Shown here: piece after piece, positions 1-8,697 of the stretch
How positions within the stretch are numbered: position 1 is the first letter of the stretch
Layout: each line of letters opens with the position of its first letter
IMG/VR virus record: IMGVR_UViG_3300035138_000088
Reading direction: 5' to 3' (one strand)
DNA: 33,601 bases
DNA from: an uncultured virus (IMG/VR IMGVR_UViG_3300035138_000088)
Taxonomy: Duplodnaviria > Heunggongvirae > Uroviricota > Caudoviricetes
Notes under the pieces: model-generated
The model's input: the letters and a program-made list of their open reading frames with translations, nothing else
The model's database searches: none
Told to the model about the DNA's origin: nothing
Translations under genes and position numbers: made by a program

Positions 1-513
1 GCTACCCACCATTCGTCCCTTGTATGTTGCACCCATAGCTTCAGCCGAATCTGCAATTATAGGTAAATTAAGCTTTCTAAGTTCAGAATAATTAACTGGA
101 TTGCCGCCGACATCAACTGGCATAACAACATTGATTAATCTTCGTTTTTTCTTGGCTACAGAAATTATGTATTTTTCCATATTCCAAGTTTTTCTGTCTA
201 TGTCGAAAAGGACTGCACTGCCAATAGTAGCCGCCGCATTTACAGTAGCAATAAATGTGAATGATGGAACACCAATACATAATTCTATGTTCCTATTAAG
301 ATAAGATTGAGCTTGTATAGCACACATTAAAGCTACGGTTCCATTTGATACTGCTAAAGCATGGTCAACGTTAAGTTTTTGCTGGATTTTTTCTTCGAAC
401 TCTACTGTAAGTGGACCGTTACCGCCTATCCATGTAGACCTAACAGCATCAGCTACCGCTTGTACTTCTTCTTCTCCTATGTCTGGACGACCCCAAGGTA
501 TAAATTCTTTCAT
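1..513 (-). CDS. DegT/DnrJ/EryC1/StrS family PLP-dependent nucleotide-sugar aminotransferase (3'-truncated by window edge; not in ORF track)
   Basis: Manual translation from ATG 513 (ATGA overlap with upstream stop): MKEFIPWGRPDIGEEEVQAVADAVRSTWIGGNGPLTVEFEE...AVSNGTVAL...VPSFTFIATVNA...PVDVGG...IIADSAEAMGATYKGRMVGS. SNGT, PSFTFIAT and DxAxAxGA motifs are typical of the family. Confidence 0.92.
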   Translation of the reverse strand, partial: MKEFIPWGRPDIGEEEVQAVADAVRSTWIGGNGPLTVEFEEKIQQKLNVDHALAVSNGTVALMCAIQAQSYLNRNIELCIGVPSFTFIATVNAAATIGSAVLFDIDRKTWNMEKYIISVAKKKRRLINVVMPVDVGGNPVNYSELRKLNLPIIADSAEAMGATYKGRMVGS

Positions 514-1718
514 CTTAATTTCTCCAATACTGATTTTGGTAAGATTCCTTTCTTAACGAAATCTTCTGGTGAACCATGATTCTCTTTTTGTCCTTCCTTG
601 CCAACATCTGCATGCAGAACTTTAAGCCAAGGAATGCCCCACACTTTATAACCTTTTTTACGTGCATTTTTGCAAAACTGTAAAGTTGGAGCTGGATTAT
701 CGAATTCTACCGACTTAAATACGTTTCCCCTTATTATTACCATAGTTCCTACAGAAGCTAACTCGACTGGATTTTTAGAATTTTTATATGGCACGTCATG
801 TACTGGAAATGGAGTTCCATCCAATAACCTAAAAACATAAGTGTCGAAAAAGTCCTTTTCACGTCCTTCATGCCAAGGATAAGGAGCTACTATATCCAAG
901 TCAAGTTTTACAAGTTCCATTAGCGTTGACGGTTGAATCTTTAAGATGTCACTATCGCATATTACAACGAAATCTTCGTCTCGGTATGCATTTCGAGCCG
1001 CATTCATAACATCAGCTATCCACATTGAATTTCCTGTTAAATTGTCAAATTTTGGTTCGGCGTAAATTTCGCATTGCCACGTTCTCTTAGAGAAATAATC
1101 TTCTAAGATTGATAGCGTATTATCTCCCGAATCACCAACAATCCATACCCATCTAAGTTTCTCTCTTGGATAATCCACATTTTCCCATGCTTTAATATGA
1201 CGCTTTAAATAATGAGCGTCGCCTTTTGTTGGAGTTACAATAAGAATCTTTGGATACTCTCCAACGTCATGTTTAGGCTCTTCTAAATCATCCTGTACCA
1301 CTGGTACTTCATTATCAAACACTGAAGATACAGCAACAGCAATTATTTTTCTGTTTCTACAATCATCTGGAAGGTTCAAAGCATTTTCAAAATGACATTT
1401 ATTTATTTCAATGTCTACTCTGCCGCAATCTCCCTTATCAATAATTAAGCTTGTTATATTCCTGTTTTTGGCAATTAATGCAGATAACTTTGCCTTCAAA
1501 AAGAAGACTGTCATACTCCCTTTTCCATCCTCAAACATTACTCGTTGTTGAGGAAGAGCGAAAGCAATTTTATTTTCCTTAACAGAAATACATTGACTTT
1601 GACCTTCTATGATTTCAGTTTCAACGTTGAATAATTCAGCTCCTCTGAACTCAACATCAGCCCAGTCCGAAGTTACCTCAATGATACACTCGAATGGTTT
1701 GAAATCACTCATGTTCAA
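510..1718 (-). CDS. GT-A fold glycosyltransferase (GT2/Anp1-like) with an unknown ~150-aa N-terminal domain
   Basis: ILIVTPTK, DYP, GDSGDNT, DxD motif CDSD, FFDTYVFR, LASVG, C-terminal VLH. Confidence 0.8.
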   Translation of the reverse strand: MNMSDFKPFECIIEVTSDWADVEFRGAELFNVETEIIEGQSQCISVKENKIAFALPQQRVMFEDGKGSMTVFFLKAKLSALIAKNRNITSLIIDKGDCGRVDIEINKCHFENALNLPDDCRNRKIIAVAVSSVFDNEVPVVQDDLEEPKHDVGEYPKILIVTPTKGDAHYLKRHIKAWENVDYPREKLRWVWIVGDSGDNTLSILEDYFSKRTWQCEIYAEPKFDNLTGNSMWIADVMNAARNAYRDEDFVVICDSDILKIQPSTLMELVKLDLDIVAPYPWHEGREKDFFDTYVFRLLDGTPFPVHDVPYKNSKNPVELASVGTMVIIRGNVFKSVEFDNPAPTLQFCKNARKKGYKVWGIPWLKVLHADVGKEGQKENHGSPEDFVKKGILPKSVLEKLR

Positions 1719-1753
1719 TCACTAATATATAAGACCAATTAGATTTATAATTG

Positions 1754-2011
1754 TTATCCTTTCTCTAATTTATCTAATCGTTTCTTGATGGAGTTTATTT
1801 TAGCATAGATGTCTTTTATATACTTATACAACGATGTAACGTATTTGAATCGAGCGAAAGTTTTTCCTTTAAGACGCTTCTCAAGAACTTCAACCCTCTT
1901 TTTTAAATCATCAACTTCCAATTGAAGTTCACTTTTAGGCTCAGGTTTAGGTTCTTCTACTAGTTTTTTTTGTATTACTTTCCGCTTTTTCTGGTTCGAT
2001 TTGCGACTCAA
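1754..2011 (-). CDS. Small basic coiled-coil protein
   Basis: 85-aa ORF with heptad pattern and an EPKPEPK linker; fits operon packing. Confidence 0.55.
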   Translation of the reverse strand: MSRKSNQKKRKVIQKKLVEEPKPEPKSELQLEVDDLKKRVEVLEKRLKGKTFARFKYVTSLYKYIKDIYAKINSIKKRLDKLEKG

Positions 2012-2270
2012 TTTCGTCCCTCAAGGCTTCCAATTTTGTTGTTTCCTCATTAATCTTGAATGCTTCACCATTGAAGTTTTCTTTAATTTTTTTCTGTCCA
2101 GTTAACCAAGCCTTAGCAATGTCTGCTCCAGCTTGAGCTTTAATTACCTCTTCATGAGTTAATCGTTTACAACCAGAACAAATTTCGTGACCGCAATAGA
2201 AACAGACATCCGTGCTAGAATTTACCGTATCGCATTTACAGCAATACCACGTAGAGGATTTTTCTGACAT
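1947..2270 (-). CDS. Cys-rich Zn-finger protein
   Basis: CCKC..CFYC..CSGC. Confidence 0.6.
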   Translation of the reverse strand: MSEKSSTWYCCKCDTVNSSTDVCFYCGHEICSGCKRLTHEEVIKAQAGADIAKAWLTGQKKIKENFNGEAFKINEETTKLEALRDEIESQIEPEKAESNTKKTSRRT

Positions 2271-2276
2271 GGTTTA

Positions 2277-2486
2277 TCACGTAAATCCACAATTCCAATA
2301 TCCGCATTCAGCATTGGTACAATATTCCACGTACCAGCGTTTAACCATATTTTGACTTGGCTCTTTCGCAACCATCCTAACGACTGTGCCTTTCCCATGA
2401 CATGCGTGACAGTTTCGCCTTTGTTCAACTGACTCTTCGAACTTCATACTCTTGAAGGTTTTCATTATTAACTCTTTATTGTTCAT
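2277..2486 (-). CDS. Zn-ribbon microprotein
   Basis: CHAC...CTNAECGY. Confidence 0.6.
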   Translation of the reverse strand: MNNKELIMKTFKSMKFEESVEQRRNCHACHGKGTVVRMVAKEPSQNMVKRWYVEYCTNAECGYWNCGFT

Positions 2487-3711
2487 CTACAAGCCCCTTT
2501 ATAGCTGAATTTTCCAAGTTTCCAGCTTCCTCTGGAGATAAAGAATCAAAATGGTCTAGCCATTTATTTGCTACTTTAGCTAGGTTGTAGTTTCTTTTTG
2601 CGCGTTCATATCCATGAGAAGCGAAGTATTCACATTCGTCTGGGTTCTCAAGCAAGTATCTTAGCGTTCCTTCGATGCAATCTGACGATGGAACCTTAAT
2701 CATCTGTTGTCCATCATTAACCAGTTTAGCATTAACTGTGGGTTCCATGAAAATTCCACATTCGCGGTTTTTTCCACCCATGATTTCTTTGTGGTTAGGA
2801 ATATTCGTTACTGCTATCGCTTTCTTGCATGCCATAGCTTCTACTAATGGAACGTCGAATCCTTCGTGACCGCTTGGCTGAACCAGAATGTCGCACGATG
2901 CTGTTAATTCTTCCATTGCTTCTGGTGAAGTCCAACTATGAATCCATCTTATGTTCCACTTGTGATGTCTAGCCATAGAGTCCAGTATGAATCCCATATC
3001 CATAGACTTTTCAAGTAGCGGGTGTACGCTTGCACGGATTACAAATACTGCATTATAATCCTTGATTATAGGTCTCATGACTGGAATAAGTTGATGTAAA
3101 CCTTTCTCCAGTGAGCAACGTCCAGTGAACAGAATTACTTTCTGGTCGGGTTTAATGTTCAAGTATTTCCTGAAAGTTGTTCCGTGAGGATAGAATCTTT
3201 CCATGTTAACGCCGTGAGGGATGTATTTTATTTTATCCCGCTTGATTTTTCCGTAACGCAAAAGTTGGTTCGCCGCCCATTTAGTTGGGGCTACCCACGA
3301 ATCTACGTTTCCGAGAACTTTGCTTTTGAATAGAACGTCATTGTTCCAGTGTACAGTTTGATGGACCAACGTTTTTCCGCCGACTGCTTTCACGAAACTA
3401 GCCATCGGGAAGTATTCCCAGTCAATATGGAACATTACCATTAATGGAATATTGTTTCCAAGCATGTATGATGGGATTTCCTTGTAAAGATGTTGGTTAT
3501 CAACTGCTCCGCCATTGTTGTAATGCGGAGTAAAGAATTCTACGAATGGTAACGCGGCTGGCTCAAATGAAGTAGGAACCTTCGGGACCGCATGGAATTC
3601 GTGTTTAGGCTCAAGATAGTTCATCATCTTCATTAAATAGTAGTTGACTACTGCACCGCCGTCCTGTTCCCAAGGCATTGCGCCCCACCACAAAGATTTA
3701 TCTACTTTCAT
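2476..3711 (-). CDS. GT4 (GT-B fold) glycosyltransferase
   Basis: YIPHGV, LFTGR..EKG, EX7E motif HEGFDVPLVEAMAC. Confidence 0.92.
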   Translation of the reverse strand: MKVDKSLWWGAMPWEQDGGAVVNYYLMKMMNYLEPKHEFHAVPKVPTSFEPAALPFVEFFTPHYNNGGAVDNQHLYKEIPSYMLGNNIPLMVMFHIDWEYFPMASFVKAVGGKTLVHQTVHWNNDVLFKSKVLGNVDSWVAPTKWAANQLLRYGKIKRDKIKYIPHGVNMERFYPHGTTFRKYLNIKPDQKVILFTGRCSLEKGLHQLIPVMRPIIKDYNAVFVIRASVHPLLEKSMDMGFILDSMARHHKWNIRWIHSWTSPEAMEELTASCDILVQPSGHEGFDVPLVEAMACKKAIAVTNIPNHKEIMGGKNRECGIFMEPTVNAKLVNDGQQMIKVPSSDCIEGTLRYLLENPDECEYFASHGYERAKRNYNLAKVANKWLDHFDSLSPEEAGNLENSAIKGLVDEQ

Positions 3712-3852
3712 TTATTTTGTTCCTCGTTAAACTTCCGTACTTGGTCTAATATGTCATTAAGAACTGGAACAAGATACTTTCTGGAAACTTTAGTTCTAAT
3801 AACTATCCCAGCCCTAATCAATGGAGAAGATATTTCTATTTCATATGTTTCG

Positions 3853-4116
3853 TTAATAGTCTTTTCCCCCTAGTTCAGAATAAAGTTTAAGCAACTTGGA
3901 ATACCTTTTGCTTGTCCATTTCCACTTGTCGTTTGCTTGAGAAATAACTTCGCCCAAACTAAGATTCTCAATAAGAAAGAAGTCAATATTCATCTCTCCT
4001 TCCATTTCTCTTAATTCTTGGAAATGCTCTTCGCAAAGTGGAATAAAAAGTTCTTCGTAAGGCTGTTGGTCTATAACTAACCATACAGCTTCCTTATCAC
4101 ACTCAAGACATTTCAC
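3853..4116 (-). CDS. Zn-finger protein
   Basis: CLEC...LCEEH. Confidence 0.6.
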   Translation of the reverse strand: MKCLECDKEAVWLVIDQQPYEELFIPLCEEHFQELREMEGEMNIDFFLIENLSLGEVISQANDKWKWTSKRYSKLLKLYSELGGKDY

Positions 4117-4208
4117 TTTTTCTTTCTCCTTTTCCTTTCCTCTTCAGCGTGTTTAGCAAGATAATATTCACTCATTGTTGGATAACCAGCATAATCACGT
4201 TCGCTCAC
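4113..4208 (-). CDS. 31-aa basic microprotein (not in ORF track)
   Basis: GTG start, MSERDYAGYPTMSEYYLAKHAEEERKRRKKK; stop overlaps the next GTG (GTGA); GAGGT upstream. Confidence 0.4.
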   Translation of the reverse strand: MSERDYAGYPTMSEYYLAKHAEEERKRRKKK

Positions 4209-4332
4209 TTTTCTTCGACCTCTTTTTGAATGTTCGTTTCATTCGCCAACCTCTAACCATTTCTCCATCCTCTTCTTGGTCTCCATCACCCATAGCGTCT
4301 AATTGACGTTCCATATTTGCCATTTCACTCAT
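4195..4332 (-). CDS. 45-aa acidic/basic microprotein (not in ORF track)
   Basis: ATGA-coupled to the deaminase stop; MSEMANMERQLDAMGDGDQEEDGEMVRGWRMKRTFKKRSKKSERT. Confidence 0.45.
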   Translation of the reverse strand: MSEMANMERQLDAMGDGDQEEDGEMVRGWRMKRTFKKRSKKSERT

Positions 4333-4766
4333 TTTTTGGCATCTTCCAGAACTTTTAGTTTTTGGTTTGCTCTTGGATATGGATATGGATAAAGTTCTCC
4401 AAGAGTTACTTCTTTAATTATCTTGCCATTCTCATCTACTTCTATACAAAGTAAATCTGGATTCAATGTATATTCCCAAACCACTTGCCTACAATGACCA
4501 CAACAGAAAGTTAAGTGCTCAATCGTATTTCCAGAAAACCCAACGACTAAGCCAACTATATCTTCTGGATTTACATGATGCATTTTTGCATTTAAAACTG
4601 CCATCTCTTCAGCATGAGTTCCTTTATGGCAACGATTCTCTTGGTTACATCCAACATAAATTCTTCCATCTTTAGTGTATAAAGCCGCACCTACCTGAGT
4701 TTTTCTAACTACTGCGAATAGCCTTTCATCTAGACATTTCTTAATTGCTTTTGTTTTTGTTTCCAT
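4329..4766 (-). CDS. cdd: Cytidine deaminase family protein
   Basis: VGAALYTKDGRIYVGCNQEN, HAE, CCGHCRQ (variant of PCxxCRQ), LGELYP. Confidence 0.85.
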   Translation of the reverse strand: METKTKAIKKCLDERLFAVVRKTQVGAALYTKDGRIYVGCNQENRCHKGTHAEEMAVLNAKMHHVNPEDIVGLVVGFSGNTIEHLTFCCGHCRQVVWEYTLNPDLLCIEVDENGKIIKEVTLGELYPYPYPRANQKLKVLEDAKK

Positions 4767-4983
4767 TTTTTTTCACTTCTTTCACGAATATTTCTATATA
4801 TGCCAACGAGCCCATAACGCCAATATATTCAAAGTGTCTTTCTACGACTCTATACTTTCCATTTCTTCTAGGAACCCGAATAGTATCTCCAAGGTTTGGA
4901 ATTGTATCAAAATTCCTGACTACTCCATCCATTAATGTATAGAGACTTCCATCTTTTTGAATTTCTGTTATTTCAAGTTTCAT
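4741..4983 (-). CDS. Hypothetical protein (small beta-rich)
   Basis: 80-aa ORF overlapping both neighbours in the same operon. Confidence 0.55.
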   Translation of the reverse strand: MKLEITEIQKDGSLYTLMDGVVRNFDTIPNLGDTIRVPRRNGKYRVVERHFEYIGVMGSLAYIEIFVKEVKKNGNKNKSN

Positions 4984-5417
4984 TCTTCGTTCACCAATCC
5001 TTCTAAATCTGGGTATTCACTCAAATCAATAGCATCCTTTAAATGTATAATTTCTATTGGATTATCCTTTCTCCAAGATGAGTTGAGAAGTTTAACAAAG
5101 TTCCATTCCCATGTTACGCCAGCACTTTGTTCATATGTTGGTTCACAACCAAGAATTACTTTGTCACATCTTGAAAGGAAGGCTATAGCCATTAATCCAG
5201 CTCTTCCTCTGCGCCACTCACTAAACTTGAATCCTTCTTTCCATTTTACAACGCCGTCAAGCATTGCATCAACGCAGAAATGTGGAACTAACACGTACCA
5301 CTCTGGATGTTTTTCCATGATTTTTAAAGCCAGTAGTCTAGCTACTTTCGTATTAAAGGTTGGGTCGTTACTGAATTTATATGATAGATAGACTAATGTT
5401 GGTGGTTCAATCGGCAT
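4980..5417 (-). CDS. Nucleoside 2-deoxyribosyltransferase-like (DUF1937/DUF4406-type) protein
   Basis: VYLSYKFS...VPH...LSRCDKVIL...SAGVTWE (SxGxxxE motif). Confidence 0.65.
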   Translation of the reverse strand: MPIEPPTLVYLSYKFSNDPTFNTKVARLLALKIMEKHPEWYVLVPHFCVDAMLDGVVKWKEGFKFSEWRRGRAGLMAIAFLSRCDKVILGCEPTYEQSAGVTWEWNFVKLLNSSWRKDNPIEIIHLKDAIDLSEYPDLEGLVNEE

Positions 5418-5814
5418 TTTTTATTATTACCCCATTGTTTTTTAGCCATAACTTACACAAAGCTGTGAACCTGTCACGCATGTATTTGGGCATAAGGGAA
5501 GCAACTTTAACCATGATTGGATGGTATCTCGGGTCCATTTCGCATAGGTTACGCAATGCATCACCAGTTTTGTGGCATGGATAAAAGCAGAACTCATTTG
5601 AGTTTTTGAGAGCAAGTTGCGGACTTTTCTTGACAGTTGAAGTTTTAAATTGATAAATCCAATGATGACGCTGAGTAACCTTAATTTCATGTCCAACTTT
5701 CCTTCCACATGCGTCGCATTTTCCAGTTCTAGGGTTCGTTTTACAAGGAACCATAATCCTAGCTTTCTGGTAAGTAACAGCATATTTCTTCATTTCATTA
5801 TTGGCTTCGGTCAA
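5407..5814 (-). CDS. HNH-like Zn-binding endonuclease
   Basis: CDACG...RHHW...NSNEFCFYPCH. Start moved to TTG 5814, which overlaps the GT4 stop (TTGA). Confidence 0.55.
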   Translation of the reverse strand: MTEANNEMKKYAVTYQKARIMVPCKTNPRTGKCDACGRKVGHEIKVTQRHHWIYQFKTSTVKKSPQLALKNSNEFCFYPCHKTGDALRNLCEMDPRYHPIMVKVASLMPKYMRDRFTALCKLWLKNNGVIIKNAD

Positions 5815-6962
5815 TATAAACCTTTCTCCTTGTTTAAGTCTTCCACGATTACATCGAAAAACTTTTCTGCAACAGCTTTCCAACTGTAATTTTTTCTTGT
5901 ATAATCAAAAGATTTCACGCTAAGTTTTTCAACTTTCTTTTGATTCTCCAACATCCACGCCATTCTTTCGGCAAGAGCATTTATTGAAATATTGCCCCAT
6001 ATTCTTCCGTTTCCATGAATGCCAGCTTGTTTCCGTTTAGGTCTTATATCGTAGCTTTCTACTGGAATCAAGAATCCTGTTGTTCCATCTTTGACGTTTT
6101 CATTCATGAATGTCCAATCAGTAACAAGTGCTGGTAATCCACATGCATTTGCTTCTAAGATTCCCATCTCTGAAGCTCCAGCCTTAGCAGAGCAAATATA
6201 AGCATCACATGCGCTATACACGTTAGCTAAATATGAGTGTGGACAATTACTCATTTTGTCTTGGATTATAGGAATACCCTTAACTTTTATATAACGGTGG
6301 GTTCTTGCCGACTCTGGAGTTCCACCCCAATTAGCTCTCACGACAAATTTACAGTCGTATTTTTTATGTATCTTTTCGAACGCTAATATTGCCCTACCGA
6401 GAGCTTTTCTTCGTTCGTCACGACCAACCCATAAAAACGTGAATTCATCGAAAAGTTTCTGTCTACAAGGCTTAAATATGGAACAATCAACCGCGTGTGG
6501 CAAATACACTCCATTCTTTAAATATCTCCATGCCCTGTTTGGTACGAAAACTTTTCTTACTGATTCTAATAGTCTTTTTCCTTCCTCTTGAATTGGAAGG
6601 CTGTCTATTGGAGACATGAAATAGAACGGGACCTTGTTTCTTTTTGAAGCATTAAGTAAACCTTGCATGCTCCACCAATCGTCTTCTGAATACATCGCAT
6701 CAAGTCTATACCGTTTCATGCATTTATTTACGACGTACTCCTTCCATACTCCACCTTCTACGTTAACAACTTCGTAGCCATCATGTACAGTAGAAACTTC
6801 AGCTATTCCCCTCGCGCCTTTAGGTAATCCGAACCGAGCAAAATAGATTACTCTCAATTCATCGTCAAACATTCTAGTTAGGTTTCTCGCCAAGTTATGG
6901 TTTACTACAGCCATACCAGTAGCGGCTTTTGGTGTATCAGCGAATATTCCCAAAGTTAACAT
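5811..6962 (-). CDS. GT4 glycosyltransferase
   Basis: DTP..ATGMA, LPHAVD, FLWVGRDERRK, degenerate EX7E GASEMGILEANACGLP. Confidence 0.88.
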   Translation of the reverse strand: MLTLGIFADTPKAATGMAVVNHNLARNLTRMFDDELRVIYFARFGLPKGARGIAEVSTVHDGYEVVNVEGGVWKEYVVNKCMKRYRLDAMYSEDDWWSMQGLLNASKRNKVPFYFMSPIDSLPIQEEGKRLLESVRKVFVPNRAWRYLKNGVYLPHAVDCSIFKPCRQKLFDEFTFLWVGRDERRKALGRAILAFEKIHKKYDCKFVVRANWGGTPESARTHRYIKVKGIPIIQDKMSNCPHSYLANVYSACDAYICSAKAGASEMGILEANACGLPALVTDWTFMNENVKDGTTGFLIPVESYDIRPKRKQAGIHGNGRIWGNISINALAERMAWMLENQKKVEKLSVKSFDYTRKNYSWKAVAEKFFDVIVEDLNKEKGLY

Positions 6963-7263
6963 TTATTTTACATTCCCTATTCTTTTTTGGTTCTTCTTCA
7001 ATCTCAAGTTTCTCAACTTTGTCCCAAAATCCACTAAATGGATTTGGTTTCGAACGGGTCCTCAAAATCTTCCCGCATACTATGCATCGCGGACCTCTTG
7101 TTTGTCCCTTGGCTCTGCTAAGTAACAATGCTTTGTATGCATCGTTGAAATCATAAGCAGTTGCACATTGAGAGCAAAAAGCCCCGCATTCATGAGTGTA
7201 CCATTTAGGTGGTACGTTATTTACTTTTCGAAGCTTCCACTCTGACCTAATTCCTTCAGTCAT
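6937..7263 (-). CDS. Zn-finger protein
   Basis: CGAFCSQC...CIVCG. Likely start is ATG 7263, overlapping the end of the upstream gene. Confidence 0.55.
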   Translation of the reverse strand: MTEGIRSEWKLRKVNNVPPKWYTHECGAFCSQCATAYDFNDAYKALLLSRAKGQTRGPRCIVCGKILRTRSKPNPFSGFWDKVEKLEIEEEPKKNRECKINVNFGNIR

Positions 7264-7534
7264 CACCTTCTCCATCATCGTCACCAAAATCCATATGCAT
7301 CCCATCATAACATTCGGCATGATAAAGTTTTCTACCGCCAACTCTGGTTCCATCGTACTGAACTTTAGCACGATATTTAGATGGTTTGGATTCTATCAAT
7401 TCGCCTTCCTTGAGAACTCCACCGCATTTTCTACAGATTAATCTAAATCCTCTTTGTTTTAGATTTTCACGAATCCTGTGAGTTAACACATAACGAGTTC
7501 TCGACTTTTTAGCCATGTTGAATCCCTTATGCAT
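7256..7534 (-). CDS. C2HC Zn-finger protein
   Basis: CRKC...YHAEC; acidic tail. Confidence 0.6.
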   Translation of the reverse strand: MHKGFNMAKKSRTRYVLTHRIRENLKQRGFRLICRKCGGVLKEGELIESKPSKYRAKVQYDGTRVGGRKLYHAECYDGMHMDFGDDDGEGDD

Positions 7535-8528
7535 CTGTCTGTGATTCTTCTGAATCTTCGGTTTCTGTTACTTCATCTATGGCTTCTTCATCACTTTTCT
7601 TTTTCTTTCTTTTCTTGACAAATTCTCCAGATGCTTGACCGTCTTCCCACTTTTTGAGTTTCTTTACGGCTTCCTCTTGCTGTACGTCTGAAAGGTCATC
7701 TATGCCTTTTTCGTTTATCTGAAAAGCACGTTCTGACGGAGCTAGTTCTGCACTGTCTACAAGTCTAGCAATTCTAGTGTTATTTGGACCTTTACGTAAG
7801 AAGATTCTTATGTCGCCGATATGCCAAATTGAGTGTCCGCCAGCCGCCTTTTGACATGTCCATTTCGGAAGGAATGGGTTAGCTACTGGTTCGTCATAGA
7901 CTTGATTTGAATAAGCTACGATAGCTCCATATCTTTGAGCGATTTTTTTGAGTTGTCTAAGATGAAACCGAATCAATTCCTGTCTTTTGCCAAGTTTTGA
8001 CCGTCCAGCAAATTCTGGGGTTGAACGGAAAAGTGCCATAACTGAATCTTCTACTATCAAAGTTAAAGGTTCACATGGCAACGGGTCTGGAAGATGGCAT
8101 GGAACAGCTAATTGTTCTTCCCATGATTCTGGAGAATATTTCAGAATATGCGAGTTTACAGTTTCAAAATCGAGTTTTCTTGCCTTGCAAATTTGAAGAA
8201 GTCGTTCTCGGCTAAATGTGTCTTCTGTATCAATGACTATAACGAGTCCTTCCATCGCGGCTTCACAAATTAATGTGAATAAAACTTGTGTTTTACCACT
8301 GGCATATTCGCCGTAAAGTTCTAATGTTTTGCCGCCACTTAAGCCGCCGTAGCCTAAAATGTCATCAAGGAGAGTTTTAGTTTTCAGTTTTAGTTTGGGC
8401 TCTTTATTCTCTGATAATGGTTGAGTTTCACATTTCACTTTTACATCACTTAGTTTGCTTTCGAACTCTTCCCAGCCTTCAGTTGTATTCAGCATGTCGT
8501 GGAGTTTATCTTTTGCGTCTTTTACCAT
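7527..8528 (-). CDS. radA: RadA/Rad51-family recombinase
   Basis: Walker A GEYASGKT, IDTEDTF, Walker B LIVEDS, NQV, GGHS, RIFLRKG..RIARLVDS, F.INEKGI.D. Confidence 0.92.
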   Translation of the reverse strand: MVKDAKDKLHDMLNTTEGWEEFESKLSDVKVKCETQPLSENKEPKLKLKTKTLLDDILGYGGLSGGKTLELYGEYASGKTQVLFTLICEAAMEGLVIVIDTEDTFSRERLLQICKARKLDFETVNSHILKYSPESWEEQLAVPCHLPDPLPCEPLTLIVEDSVMALFRSTPEFAGRSKLGKRQELIRFHLRQLKKIAQRYGAIVAYSNQVYDEPVANPFLPKWTCQKAAGGHSIWHIGDIRIFLRKGPNNTRIARLVDSAELAPSERAFQINEKGIDDLSDVQQEEAVKKLKKWEDGQASGEFVKKRKKKKSDEEAIDEVTETEDSEESQTDA

Positions 8529-8530
8529 TT

Positions 8531-8689
8531 TTAATTTTCCTCTATTATTTCATTCGTTACTTTAAGATGATAGGTCTTACATAAATGGGCGATTACGTCA
8601 TCTGCATCCTTAATCTTTTCTAATGCCGCTTTCTTCTCAGCCAATTCTTCTTGAATCATTTTTTTGGCTTTCTCTCGGTATTCGTCCAT
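8531..8689 (-). CDS. 52-aa helical microprotein (not in ORF track)
   Basis: GGTGA RBS then MDEYREKAKKMIQEELAEKKAALEKIKDADDVIAHLCKTYHLKVTNEIIEEN; fills the gap between the GT4 and radA. Confidence 0.65.
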   Translation of the reverse strand: MDEYREKAKKMIQEELAEKKAALEKIKDADDVIAHLCKTYHLKVTNEIIEEN

Positions 8690-8697
8690 ATGTTCAC

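Noticed and set aside
101..579. Plus-strand ORFs 101-304 and 361-579 (and most other 60-100 aa antisense ORFs in the track)
   Set aside because: They lie opposite clear genes, here the DegT aminotransferase
5815..5883. ORF-track start of the HNH-like gene (and similarly 7371 and 21331 for other genes)
   Set aside because: Long overlaps with upstream genes; coupled downstream starts fit better
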